Virus record (IMG/VR): IMGVR_UViG_3300001682_000633
Length of the DNA stretch: 64,000 nucleotides
Reading direction: 5' to 3' (one strand)
DNA from: a virus
Shown: positions 10,315 to 18,711 of the stretch, in pieces
Layout of the letters: each line of letters starts with the position of its first letter
How positions within the stretch are numbered: the first letter of the stretch is position 1
Notes under the pieces: generated by a model
The model's input: the letters and a program-made list of their open reading frames with translations, nothing else
What the model was told of the DNA's origin: nothing
Database searches by the model: none
Program-made: the position numbers and the translations under genes

Positions 10315-10911
10315 TTAGGCCATGTACTTACTGCGGAATATACGAAGCATTCCGTTTTCCCATGCCGTTTTGACATGGCTTCTGCACCATTTTGTGTATC
10401 GGTCAAATTGAAGTGCTGCCGCTTGATTGGACAGCCCGTATGTTGCCTTGATCTCAGAAGCGGAACGGATACCCATTTCGCGCATGATAGGAAGCGGAGC
10501 AAGCAAATTCCAGGCGAAGTAGTCTGCCTCGCTCTCGAACTGGTCATAGAATCCCCTTTGCTCATTATAGGCGATTTCGGCTCCCTCTATGACTTCCAGA
10601 TGGCCTATATAGATATGGCCGATCTCATGCGCCAAAGTCCACCGGATACGGCCAGCGTTCATTTCAGCGTTGTAGAGAATAAGATAACGGTTTGTATCTG
10701 GATCGTAGTGTGTTGCTCCAGAATTGCTTTTGCATAGAACGGCAACGTCTTGGACGGTGCATCCAGTGACTTCGGCCATTTCCTGATACGACAAAATGCG
10801 ACAGCTTTTGGGGATGCACTGCAAGAGCAGTTCAGGTTGGATAGGATAGGATACAGAATCCATGTTCTGGTAAAGCTCCAAGACCTTACGCTGTACAAAA
10901 ACGCTCCTCAC
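10315..10911 (-). CDS. ImmA/IrrE-family zinc metallopeptidase (anti-repressor)
   Basis: RIRWTLAHEIGH (HExxH) and ESEADYFAWNLLAP; adjacent to an XRE repressor. Confidence 0.85.
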   Translation of the reverse strand: MRSVFVQRKVLELYQNMDSVSYPIQPELLLQCIPKSCRILSYQEMAEVTGCTVQDVAVLCKSNSGATHYDPDTNRYLILYNAEMNAGRIRWTLAHEIGHIYIGHLEVIEGAEIAYNEQRGFYDQFESEADYFAWNLLAPLPIMREMGIRSASEIKATYGLSNQAAALQFDRYTKWCRSHVKTAWENGMLRIFRSKYMA

Positions 10912-10962
10912 TATTTCGCCCTCCTTTCGCTACACGGAGACATCATGGGTGCATATTATAAC

Positions 10963-11349
10963 TTATTCCGTGTCCAATAAAACGGACTTCTTCTGTTGCG
11001 GATCATTCTCATCGGAAAAAGCGTAGTCAAATCCGATTTTCAGAATACCCATCATGCGGTTTCTATCCTGCTCAGTCATGCGCTCTCTGGCCCGCTGGAG
11101 GGTAATATAGTCGGGGTCGCCGAGCATGGTATCAGCAGTAGAGCGCACATTAGAAGCGCCTACCAGGTAGTCAATGGAGACATGGAAATACTCAGCGATC
11201 TTGGAGATTTTATCAATGGTTGGAGAAGTAGAGCTTTTCCACCTTCCAATGGAATATTGGCTCATACCAAGTTCGGATTCCAGTTTGTTGATTGTGATGT
11301 TATTTTCAGCACACAATTCTTTAATCCTTGTAAAAATGACAGAGTCCAT
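10963..11349 (-). CDS. XRE-family HTH repressor (ImmR/CI-like)
   Basis: RIKELCAENNITINKLESELG...KIAEYFHVSIDYLVG HTH_3 pattern. Confidence 0.88.
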   Translation of the reverse strand: MDSVIFTRIKELCAENNITINKLESELGMSQYSIGRWKSSTSPTIDKISKIAEYFHVSIDYLVGASNVRSTADTMLGDPDYITLQRARERMTEQDRNRMMGILKIGFDYAFSDENDPQQKKSVLLDTE

Positions 11350-11380
11350 AACACAACCTCCAAACAGAGAATTTGAATGT

Positions 11381-11459
11381 CACGATTTTTTTCGTGAAAA
11401 ACACTTGACAGCACGAAAGTAAGCTGGTATAGTAAATACCAGACACGTACATATTCGTG
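11381..11459. promoter_or_regulatory. Switch region: sigma-A promoter flanked by CACG-N8-CGTG operator palindromes
   Basis: TTGACA(11405)-17-TATAGT(11428) with TG extension; CACG-N8-CGTG at 11381-11396 and 11444-11459; partial copy at 11412. Confidence 0.7.
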
Positions 11460-11527
11460 AAGTTAAGTACATCATATCACACGTTTTCAGTTTAGTCAAC
11501 CTAATACTTATTTGGAGGCGCGTAAAA

Positions 11528-11989
11528 ATGCACATCGTAAACAGTATGGCAGCAAACTTCGGCAAATATGATTTGGATGTCAGCGCCGTGGGGATGCGGA
11601 GTATCAGCGAGACGGACATTAAGCTCCCGTACACTGGTACCCTCCCCGTACAGATGTCAGCGTCATCTGGTGCCTATGTCTACCTCAACGTCCAGCTGGC
11701 TCAAGGCGCACGCCTGGTTCTGGTTGCGCATGGGAAGGGCAAGGATATCAAGCGTCCTCTCGAAGCGTCCAGTGAAGAGATTATCGCTTTGCTGGATGGG
11801 TTTTTCAAGCAGAACCAAGACGCTACCGGCCTTGCTCAGTATTGGCTGGGCGTGTGGCAAGCTCATTATACGGAATGGAGAAAGATCGTGACCGGCCCGG
11901 ATCGGCTGCTGACAATCCTCTCTTCCCTGTCCGTAACGGATCGTGAGTTCCTGTGTAAGCACATGATGGACGTGCCGGCGGCAGAGTGA
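11528..11989 (+). CDS. Hypothetical protein, first gene of the divergent transcript
   Basis: GGAGG RBS, 153 aa. Confidence 0.7.
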   Translation: MHIVNSMAANFGKYDLDVSAVGMRSISETDIKLPYTGTLPVQMSASSGAYVYLNVQLAQGARLVLVAHGKGKDIKRPLEASSEEIIALLDGFFKQNQDATGLAQYWLGVWQAHYTEWRKIVTGPDRLLTILSSLSVTDREFLCKHMMDVPAAE

Positions 11990-12040
11990 GGTGAAGCGGA
12001 TGTCCCCGAAAAATTTCGCAAATAATTTTCTTGTTTGCTA

Positions 12041-12069
12041 TTGACAATCTCAGCTATGTATGGTAAGAT
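12041..12069 (+). promoter_or_regulatory. Sigma-A promoter of the MrpR-like gene
   Basis: TTGACA-17-TAAGAT with TG extension. Confidence 0.7.
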
Positions 12070-12110
12070 AGCAACATAGAAAATGATTTGAACGGATTGG
12101 AGAGGGGAAT

Positions 12111-13028
12111 ATGATCCGTAACAAATTCTTTGAAGACCCGGACGGCGGCTATGCTAAGGTAGGCGTCAAGAAAAACTTTGATATCGCCTGGAAAAAGGTT
12201 CTGGCCTATGAAGAGCAGACAGGCCAATCGCTGGACAATGGCTTTACTAAGGAACAGTATGTGTCCATGTTCAACTCCATGAGGGTTCGTCATACCAGCA
12301 TTTTCTTCAACTACAAAAGCCATGTGATGAGCTATGTGCGATACCTGATTGCTAATGGCGTGCTGCCGGCAGAACAGGAAAGCATTTTGGCCTCCGTCAC
12401 TGTGGACGACCTGAAAATCAATGAGACCAGTGGAGTGCAATACTACAAGAACTTGGGTATGCTCCACCAGGCAATCCAGGATTCCATCAAAGTGTCCGAG
12501 TGCTACGATGAAACCCTGTTCGATCTTCCCGCTGTAATCCTTTACCTGGCTTGGTTTGGATTGACCGAAGAGCAGATCATCAATTTCCCCAAGGAAGATG
12601 TGCTTGATGACGGCGTGATGATAAACGGTGAGAAGACCGAGATGCCGTTTGAAATCTTGCAGGTATTCAAGCGTCTGAGGGATGCAGAGGGATACTACCA
12701 GCAGGCCAGAGGCGTAATTTTCCGTGCCTATGTCTATTCAGACAACCTGATTCGGACAGAGCGGAACAGCAAGATCAACGTCTCTAAGATGCAGGGTCTG
12801 GTAAATCGTCTGAATACCCTGATGGACGGTGCCTACTCGCTACGGTACAATGTAATCCATCAGTCCGGTATATTCTACCGTGCTCACCTGCTGGAATGCG
12901 AGAGTACCCAGTTCAATCTGGAAGACCCGGAGTTCGCGTCTAAGGTGCTCTGCGAGGATCTGTCCAGCAAAGTCAAGCGCACGGCTCGGATCAGAGACTA
13001 CAAGCTCTACAAGCAACTATTCTACTAA
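12111..13028 (+). CDS. MrpR/YopR-like repressor (tyrosine-recombinase fold, catalytic motifs degenerate)
   Basis: Core-binding-like N-domain (EEQTGQSLDNGFTKEQY...SYVRYL), AVILYLAWFGL..EQIINF box lacking the catalytic Arg, IHQSGIFY in place of HxxR; recalled resemblance to the SPbeta master repressor family. Confidence 0.6.
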   Translation: MIRNKFFEDPDGGYAKVGVKKNFDIAWKKVLAYEEQTGQSLDNGFTKEQYVSMFNSMRVRHTSIFFNYKSHVMSYVRYLIANGVLPAEQESILASVTVDDLKINETSGVQYYKNLGMLHQAIQDSIKVSECYDETLFDLPAVILYLAWFGLTEEQIINFPKEDVLDDGVMINGEKTEMPFEILQVFKRLRDAEGYYQQARGVIFRAYVYSDNLIRTERNSKINVSKMQGLVNRLNTLMDGAYSLRYNVIHQSGIFYRAHLLECESTQFNLEDPEFASKVLCEDLSSKVKRTARIRDYKLYKQLFY

Positions 13029-13047
13029 ATGGCTTCGGCCATTTAGT
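13024..13047 (+). terminator. Hairpin/terminator after MrpR-like gene
   Basis: ACTAAATGGC-TTCG-GCCATTTAGT followed by TCTT. Confidence 0.65.
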
Positions 13048-13094
13048 TCTTGGATAGCAACAAAGAAAATTATTCTGTAAGAGGAGTGAAAGCA

Positions 13095-13400
13095 ATGAGA
13101 TCCCGTAAAAACGCCGTCCCCGTACCTGTCACCCGCGATCTCCTGCAGGAAAAGCAGACTGAGGTTGCTCGTCTGGCTCGTCAGGCAAGCGAGGCGGTAG
13201 ACATCGTTACCAGAACGATGAATGAGCTGGAGGGTATCAACCAGCAGATCGACAACGACCTGGCTGAGATCGACGCCTATTCCAAGGAACTGGCCGCGAC
13301 ACGCGCGGCCATGTCCCAGCAGCGGAAGAACAATACCGCTATCATCGCCAACTTCGCAAAGCTCCTGGATACCAGTCCCACAGAGAGCGTGAGTGAGTAA
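13095..13400 (+). CDS. Small coiled-coil protein
   Basis: GAGGAG RBS, heptad-rich 101 aa. Confidence 0.65.
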   Translation: MRSRKNAVPVPVTRDLLQEKQTEVARLARQASEAVDIVTRTMNELEGINQQIDNDLAEIDAYSKELAATRAAMSQQRKNNTAIIANFAKLLDTSPTESVSE

Positions 13401-13426
13401 TTCATCCGGTTGCACAACCGGAGTAT

Positions 13427-13483
13427 GAGGCGCTAACAGCAATTTTACAACAATCAAACTTTGACTTTGACTCAATGCGTCTC
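13427..13483 (+). ncRNA. ACAGCAA-module RNA enclosing a tRNA-Gln(UUG)-like anticodon stem-loop
   Basis: GAGGCGC-TAACAGCAA ... TTGA-CT-TTG-AC-TCAA ... GCGTCTC; terminal 7-bp stem. Confidence 0.6.
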
Positions 13484-13495
13484 GTTGAAAAGCGT

Positions 13496-13586
13496 GGAGG
13501 GGTAATCCTAACTGGTAAGGAAACAGTTTGCTAAATTGTTAGTAATCCGCAAGGGTGTGTGGGTTCGAGTCCCATCCCCTCCGCCA
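13496..13586 (+). tRNA. tRNA-Ser(GCT)
   Basis: GGAGGGG/CCCCTCC acceptor, ACAGT-TTGCTAA-ATTGT anticodon arm, long variable arm, GTGGG-TTCGAGT-CCCAT T arm, G73, encoded CCA. Confidence 0.93.
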
Positions 13587-13625
13587 AGCCGCAATAGCGG
13601 CGAACTCTTTATCACCTCCTCTCTC

Positions 13626-13665
13626 TGACGGCGGGAAAGACCGCTGACGGCCCGGAAAGACGGGC
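13626..13665 (+). repeat. Tandem TGACG-stem-GAAAGA-stem hairpins (third copy at 15015-15035)
   Basis: TGACGGCGGGAAAGACCGC and TGACGGCCCGGAAAGACGGGC; stems covary while the loop is fixed. Confidence 0.7.
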
Positions 13666-13669
13666 GACA

Positions 13670-13781
13670 TGGGAGCGTCCGGGGACAGCTCATAACGTGT
13701 AATCAACGGTGGACACGCACAGCAATTTTACCTTGAAAGTCTGCAAAACTTTTGCTTACGGTTCGACTCCGTAGCTCCCAA
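13670..13781 (+). ncRNA. tRNA-Cys(GCA)-like RNA with degenerate D arm and ACAGCAA insertion
   Basis: TGGGAGC/GCTCCCA acceptor, AAAGT-CTGCAAA-ACTTT anticodon arm, TACGG-TTCGACT-CCGTA T arm; 59 nt between acceptor and anticodon stem, containing AAC-GTGT..ACAC-GCACAGCAA. Confidence 0.65.
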
Positions 13782-14113
13782 AAAAACCGTCATCAATCTA
13801 TAAGAAGGGTCGTGTGTGTCATGAAGAAGTTCCTGACTATCGTTCTGTGATTCAAAGTGATCAGCGGCAGTGGCGTCCAGCGCCGGATATGTGGAGGAAA
13901 CCAAGAATAGAACACGAGACAAGCCCTAAGTCATCTTCGGATGACAGTATAGTAATGAATGCGATGATGAATCGAATTGGGGCACTAACAGCAACCATCA
14001 ACATTACCTGCTTGGTGAATGAGATGCCAAACCCAACAAGACTTGGTTTTCCAAACCCTTCACAATCTGAACCGCATTGAAATCAAAGACCAAAAGACCG
14101 GGAGGGAATACAA

Positions 14114-14452
14114 ATGATCAATTTTTATGACCCTAATTTTCAGGGTGTCCATGTGATCCGGGTAACTTTCATGCAATGGGATTATATCGGTCATGTTTCC
14201 TTTAAAATCGGCGGAAACTGCAAAGGTGCCGAACTGTTGGACTTCACCTTCTTGGAATGTGACAACCAAGAAGATATTGACCGCTATTTTGAAAATGATT
14301 GTCAGTTCAGCTATGATGAAGAAAATGAAATTTACACCGCTGTTCTGAAAAATGCTGACGGCAACACCTTGGAAGTTGAAGGTGATGAATGTGATTTCAG
14401 AGCTATGGCGGTGGGCATTGAAATTGCTGGAACAATGGTAGAACGCGGATGA
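14114..14452 (+). CDS. Acidic hypothetical protein within the RNA cluster
   Basis: GGGAGG RBS, 112 aa, D/E rich. Confidence 0.7.
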   Translation: MINFYDPNFQGVHVIRVTFMQWDYIGHVSFKIGGNCKGAELLDFTFLECDNQEDIDRYFENDCQFSYDEENEIYTAVLKNADGNTLEVEGDECDFRAMAVGIEIAGTMVERG

Positions 14453-14654
14453 AGAAAATACTGGGAAATTTCCATTACGCTGTTGCTTATGGCCGTGGCA
14501 GAGCATGTCAGCATTGACCCGGCGTGGTTCCTTATAGTCTGGTTCCTGTCGGTAGATGTGGAAATGAGAATGTGTCCCGCACACGTGGCAAAGAGCCATT
14601 TTACGGATATAGCGGTTTCTGGGAGGTTTCCGTAATGAAAAAGCCTCCCACCAT

Positions 14655-14778
14655 GCAAGGATAGCTCAGTTGGTAGAGCACCAGTATAAAAAATGCGTAA
14701 CGTCCCTCTCCCCCAGTTGCGCTAACAGCCATGTAAAAAGGGAACTGATTGTCGTGGGTTCGAGTCCCACTCCTTGCA
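14655..14778 (+). ncRNA. tRNA-like RNA with 58-nt anticodon loop (identity unassignable)
   Basis: GCAAGGA/TCCTTGC acceptor, TAGCTCAGTTGGTAGAGC D arm, GTGGG-TTCGAGT-CCCAC T arm; loop holds AAT-GCGTAAC..GTTGCGC-TAACAGCCA. Confidence 0.75.
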
Positions 14779-14784
14779 ACACTC

Positions 14785-14901
14785 GCCAGGGTAGCTCAGT
14801 CGGATAGAGCGCGTACTAATGCGTGTCTTGTTGAGACGCTTACAGCAACTTTCTATGGACTGTTAATCCCGTGGTCGTGGGTTCGAGTCCCACCCCTGGC
14901 A
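14785..14901 (+). ncRNA. tRNA-Asn(GTT)-like RNA with 43-nt insertion in the anticodon stem
   Basis: GCCAGGG/CCCTGGC acceptor, canonical D and T arms, CG[14814-14856]GGA-CTGTTAA-TCCCG; insert holds AAT-GCGT..ACGC-TTACAGCAA. Confidence 0.8.
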
Positions 14902-15040
14902 CAAGCAGAAGCCGCCCCTGCTAATGGGCGGATAGGCATAGGGCTTTGGGATCGTTTATGTCTATGCTGACGGTAAACGCCAGATATTCAACCCAAATAT
15001 CTTGAACTGGGTTGTGACGGCTCGGAAAGACGAGCTTCAT

Positions 15041-15164
15041 GCGGCAGTGGTGAAGTGGTCAACACAGCAGCCCTATTACAATGCGAAACGAGTAGTTCCG
15101 CTAACAGCAATGTTCAAGGAAGCCAAGCTGCCATTCGTGGGTTCGAGTCCTACCTGCCGCTCCA
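15041..15164 (+). ncRNA. tRNA-Gly(GCC)-like RNA with ~48-nt insertion in the anticodon loop
   Basis: GCGGCAG/CTGCCGC acceptor, U73 plus CCA, GCAGC/GCTGC anticodon stem with loop ending GCCAA; loop holds AAT-GCG..CGC-TAACAGCAA. Confidence 0.8.
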
Positions 15165-15186
15165 TTTCTCAAAGTGAGGCAATCCC

Positions 15187-15882
15187 ATGAACAACAAATG
15201 GTGCGTATATGCTCACATCAATAAATCTGATGGAAGTGTATATGTCGGTATCACCAGCCAGAAACTGTCAGACCGGTTTAGGAACGGGAACGGATATAGA
15301 AAGTCGATTTATTTTTGGAGGGCAATCCAAAAATATGGCTGGGATAATTTTGTGCATATGGTTGTTGCGGAAAACCTATCTGAACAGTCTGCTAAGGAAA
15401 TTGAGAGAGTTGTTATATCATCCCTTCGTGATAAAGACATTCCCTTATATAATCTTACCGATGGTGGAGAGGGTATGAGTGGAAGTCGCATTTCGGAAGA
15501 CGCTATCAATCGTTTAAGGCTCAAACTGAAAGGGCGACCTAAATCTGATGAGCATAGGCGAAAGATAAGTGAATCGAGGAGGGGTCGTTTTGCAGGTAGC
15601 GACAATCCGAATTATGGCAATCATCTATCTGATGAAGCAAAGAAGCGGATAGGAGATAGTCATAGGGGTGCTAATAACGTCAACTACGGTAAGGCTGGCC
15701 AGCAGACGACTGCATCAAAGAGAGTTGCACAATACACCATGGATGGAGAGTTAATTTCAGAATATCCTTCTCTATCAGAAGCGAGCCGAAAAACTGGTAT
15801 CGGCATATCTGGAATCTCTAAATGTTGTCGTGGGGATTATCCACAATCGCATGGATATGTTTGGAAATTCATAAATTGTTAG
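15187..15882 (+). CDS. Free-standing GIY-YIG homing endonuclease with NUMOD3/NUMOD1 repeats
   Basis: CVYAH...VYVGIT, YNLTDGGEG, repeated SDEHRRKIS/SDEAKKRIG, C-terminal YPSLSEASRKTGI...HGYVWKF; visibly AT-richer. Confidence 0.8.
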   Translation: MNNKWCVYAHINKSDGSVYVGITSQKLSDRFRNGNGYRKSIYFWRAIQKYGWDNFVHMVVAENLSEQSAKEIERVVISSLRDKDIPLYNLTDGGEGMSGSRISEDAINRLRLKLKGRPKSDEHRRKISESRRGRFAGSDNPNYGNHLSDEAKKRIGDSHRGANNVNYGKAGQQTTASKRVAQYTMDGELISEYPSLSEASRKTGIGISGISKCCRGDYPQSHGYVWKFINC

Positions 15883-15894
15883 GAGGAAACGGTT

Positions 15895-17445
15895 GTGTTT
15901 ATTGATGAGTTAAGAGACACGTTAGATAGCACTTCCAATATCTCAGTCACAGAAAATGGTGCTGTGGGATATAGGACTACAAACCGCTCATTGCTGGATC
16001 TCAATTTCGCTGTGGCATCTCTCCGTAGTGCCAGCGAGCACGACATCTCTCAGCGCTTCACCAAGGCGTTCTTCGAGGACAAGCTGATGGCAATGAAATG
16101 GCTCTTTTATGCTCGTGATGTCCGTGGTGGCCTGGGCGAGCGCCGGCTGTTCCGTGCCTGCATGGTGCCTCTGGCGAAGGATTTCCCCGAGTATGTCGCA
16201 CCGGTGGTTCCCCTGGCTCCCGAGTATGGACGCTGGGATGATCTGTGGTGTCTGCTGGACACTCCTGTTCGTGACACCGTGACCGAGTTGGTCAAGAAGC
16301 AGATTTTCGATGATGTCTACAACTGCTCTGCTAACAAGCCGATCTCCATTCTGGCGAAGTGGATGCCTCGCTGTAAGGCTTCCTCTCAGCAGACCCGCCG
16401 CTACGCCCGTATTCTGCGGCAGGCTCTGAACATGACCGAGCGTGACTACCAGCATATGCTGGCTAACCTTTCTCGCTATCTGGTTGTGGTTGAGCTGCAG
16501 ATGTCCGATCAGAAGTGGGCCGAGATCGACTATCAGCGTGTCCCCTCTCGTGCCAATCTCCGGTACAACAGCGCTTTCCTTCGTCACGACGAGGATCGCC
16601 GGCGTGCGTTCCTGGGTGCCGTAGAAAGAGGCGAGGCCAAGATCAACGCCTCCGTTCTGTTCCCGCATGATATCGTGCATCAGTACGGTCGTGCCAGCAG
16701 CACCGACACCAACCTTGAAGCGTTGTGGAAGAACCTTCCCGACACGGTTCAGGGATGTGGTAACACCATTGTGGTAGCTGATGGCTCTGGCAGTATGCGG
16801 GTGACGGTTGGCAATACCGGCGTGTCTGCGTTGGAGGTTGCAAACTCTCTGGCAATCTATTTCGCCGAGCGTTCCTCCGGGCAGTTTAAGAATCAGTACA
16901 TCACCTTCTCTGAGCGGCCTCAGCTGGTCGATTTGAGTAGGGGCAAGAACCTTCGTGAGAAGCTGCGGATTGCGGCATCCCATAACGAGGTTGCCAATAC
17001 TAACATCGAGGCGGTGTTCGACCTGATCCTTACCACGGCGATCAACCAGCATATGGAGCAGAGCGACCTTCCCGCAAATATCCTCATCATTTCCGACATG
17101 GAGTTTGATGGCTGCGCAGTTACCAATACTGGCTGCAATGATAGATGGGGATACAGAAGAGCAAGCGCCCCTACTCCCCGTCTGTTTGAGGTGATCGCTC
17201 AGCGGTATGCAGACGCCGGGTACCAGATCCCCCGGCTGGTATTCTGGAACGTCAATTCTCGCTCCGGGACTATCCCCGTGAAGGAAAATGATCTGGGTGT
17301 TGCCTTGGTCAGCGGCTTCTCTCCCAACATCGCCAAGATGGTGATGAGCGGTAAAACCGATCCTTATGATTGTCTCTTGGAGGCTATCAATACGGAGCGG
17401 TATCAGCCGGTGGAAGATGCCCTTCGTCCTATTATCTCCGCATAA
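15895..17445 (+). CDS. DUF2828-family protein (helical repeat plus C-terminal vWA/MIDAS; Ro60/TROVE-like architecture)
   Basis: TENGA, ARDVRGGLGER, EYGRWDDL, LAKWMPR, VPSRA, VADGSGSM (MIDAS), ISDMEFD and FWN motifs. Confidence 0.85.
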   Translation: MFIDELRDTLDSTSNISVTENGAVGYRTTNRSLLDLNFAVASLRSASEHDISQRFTKAFFEDKLMAMKWLFYARDVRGGLGERRLFRACMVPLAKDFPEYVAPVVPLAPEYGRWDDLWCLLDTPVRDTVTELVKKQIFDDVYNCSANKPISILAKWMPRCKASSQQTRRYARILRQALNMTERDYQHMLANLSRYLVVVELQMSDQKWAEIDYQRVPSRANLRYNSAFLRHDEDRRRAFLGAVERGEAKINASVLFPHDIVHQYGRASSTDTNLEALWKNLPDTVQGCGNTIVVADGSGSMRVTVGNTGVSALEVANSLAIYFAERSSGQFKNQYITFSERPQLVDLSRGKNLREKLRIAASHNEVANTNIEAVFDLILTTAINQHMEQSDLPANILIISDMEFDGCAVTNTGCNDRWGYRRASAPTPRLFEVIAQRYADAGYQIPRLVFWNVNSRSGTIPVKENDLGVALVSGFSPNIAKMVMSGKTDPYDCLLEAINTERYQPVEDALRPIISA

Positions 17446-17463
17446 GCAACAAAGTAAACCATT

Positions 17464-17518
17464 AAGGAGGCTCAGAACGATAGAGTAGCAAGTAGCTGTC
17501 TACGCTCTGAGCCTCCTT
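17464..17518. other. Long intergenic hairpin (13-bp perfect outer stem)
   Basis: AAGGAGGCTCAGA...TCTGAGCCTCCTT. Confidence 0.6.
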
Positions 17519-17528
17519 TATCAAAGGA

Positions 17529-18686
17529 GTGAAATACGTGGTATATCTCGACAATGCTGCCAATGCTCCGGTTTTCCCGGAGGTTCTGGAAGCTATGCTC
17601 CCTTGGCTCCGGCCCGATCATGTCGGCAACCCCGGAAGTATTCATACCCAAGGGGTCAAAGCTCGTGAAGCTGTTGAAAATGCCCGCCGCCAGGTAGCCA
17701 AAATGATTGGTGCCGATCCCTCAGAGGTGTTCTTTACCTCTGGTGGCACAGAGTCGAACAATGCGTGGATCAGATGCTTTGGTGGGGATTTAATTCTAAC
17801 AAACAATTTGGAACATGATTCGATCCTGGAACCTTTGATTTATGGGGCTATGCGTCACCCTTATCTTGCTTCTCAATATATCAAGGTTTATAAGGATGGC
17901 AGTGTAGACTTAAACGATTTGGAGCGTGCATTGTCAGAAACTATCGCAAATCGTTCAACAGCCGTTTCTATCATGTGGGTAAATAATGAGCTGGGTACTG
18001 TCAATCCTATGAAAGAAATCGGAACCCTTTGTAAAAAGTATCACGTCGTATTCCATGCCGATGCTGTACAGGCGGCAGGCCATGTAAATATGAACGTGAA
18101 GGACTGCGGAATTGACTTCTGCTCCATGTCCGGTCACAAGTTCGGCGCTCCTCTGGGTATTGGTGTGCTCTACATCAGCAATGCTATCCGCAAATCCCCG
18201 TGGATTATCGGTGGAGGTCAGGAAAGCGGAATGCGTGGTGGTACCGAAAATGTGCCTGGGATCGTAGGAATTGGCAAGGCTGCAGAAATCGTTACTGAGC
18301 GTCTCCAAAATTGGAAGTTCAGATGGGGCTTTCTAAGAAGTACGTTCTTAACTGATTTGTCACGGGATATGTCTGGGGAGTTCTATGTTAATGGCGATAC
18401 GGAAAACTATACTTCCAATATTATCAGTCTGACTATCCCTGGCGTTAATAGTGAGTCCTTGCTTCTCTTGCTGGATCAGAAAAACATCTATCTTTCTGCC
18501 GGTTCTGCGTGTAGCGCTGCCAGTGCCAAGTCCTCCCACGTCTTGCGTGGCATTGGAATATCCGATGAAGATGCTGCCTGTACTGTTCGTATATCAATGG
18601 GGTTTGATACTACTCTTGATGAGATACACGAAGCGGCGACAGCTATTATCGAAATGTCTCACAAGCTAAAGTCTATGTATTCTTAA
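17529..18686 (+). CDS. iscS: Cysteine desulfurase (IscS/NifS family)
   Basis: YLDNAA, FTSGGTESNN, HADAVQ, SGHKFGAP (PLP Lys), RGGTEN, SAGSACS. Confidence 0.9.
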   Translation: MKYVVYLDNAANAPVFPEVLEAMLPWLRPDHVGNPGSIHTQGVKAREAVENARRQVAKMIGADPSEVFFTSGGTESNNAWIRCFGGDLILTNNLEHDSILEPLIYGAMRHPYLASQYIKVYKDGSVDLNDLERALSETIANRSTAVSIMWVNNELGTVNPMKEIGTLCKKYHVVFHADAVQAAGHVNMNVKDCGIDFCSMSGHKFGAPLGIGVLYISNAIRKSPWIIGGGQESGMRGGTENVPGIVGIGKAAEIVTERLQNWKFRWGFLRSTFLTDLSRDMSGEFYVNGDTENYTSNIISLTIPGVNSESLLLLLDQKNIYLSAGSACSAASAKSSHVLRGIGISDEDAACTVRISMGFDTTLDEIHEAATAIIEMSHKLKSMYS

Positions 18687-18711
18687 TAGCAACAAAGTTA
18701 ATCAACAAGGA

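Noticed and set aside
13587..13665. Possible HDV-like (theta) ribozyme right after tRNA-Ser, suggested by CCTCCTC
   Set aside because: Could not build the nested double pseudoknot; the sequence folds as simple hairpins
14449..14636. Possible small membrane-protein gene broken at an A4 run
   Set aside because: A hydrophobic reading frame exists but its start is out of frame and nothing else supports it
13670..15164. tRNA inserts as group I/II or bulge-helix-bulge introns
   Set aside because: Too short for self-splicing introns, no clear BHB motif, and excision does not give canonical tRNAs for three of four; not fully excluded without RNA data
13814..15190. ORFs 13814-14080, 14749-14970 and 15002-15190
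   Set aside because: Overlap structured RNA elements and lack convincing RBS or protein motifs
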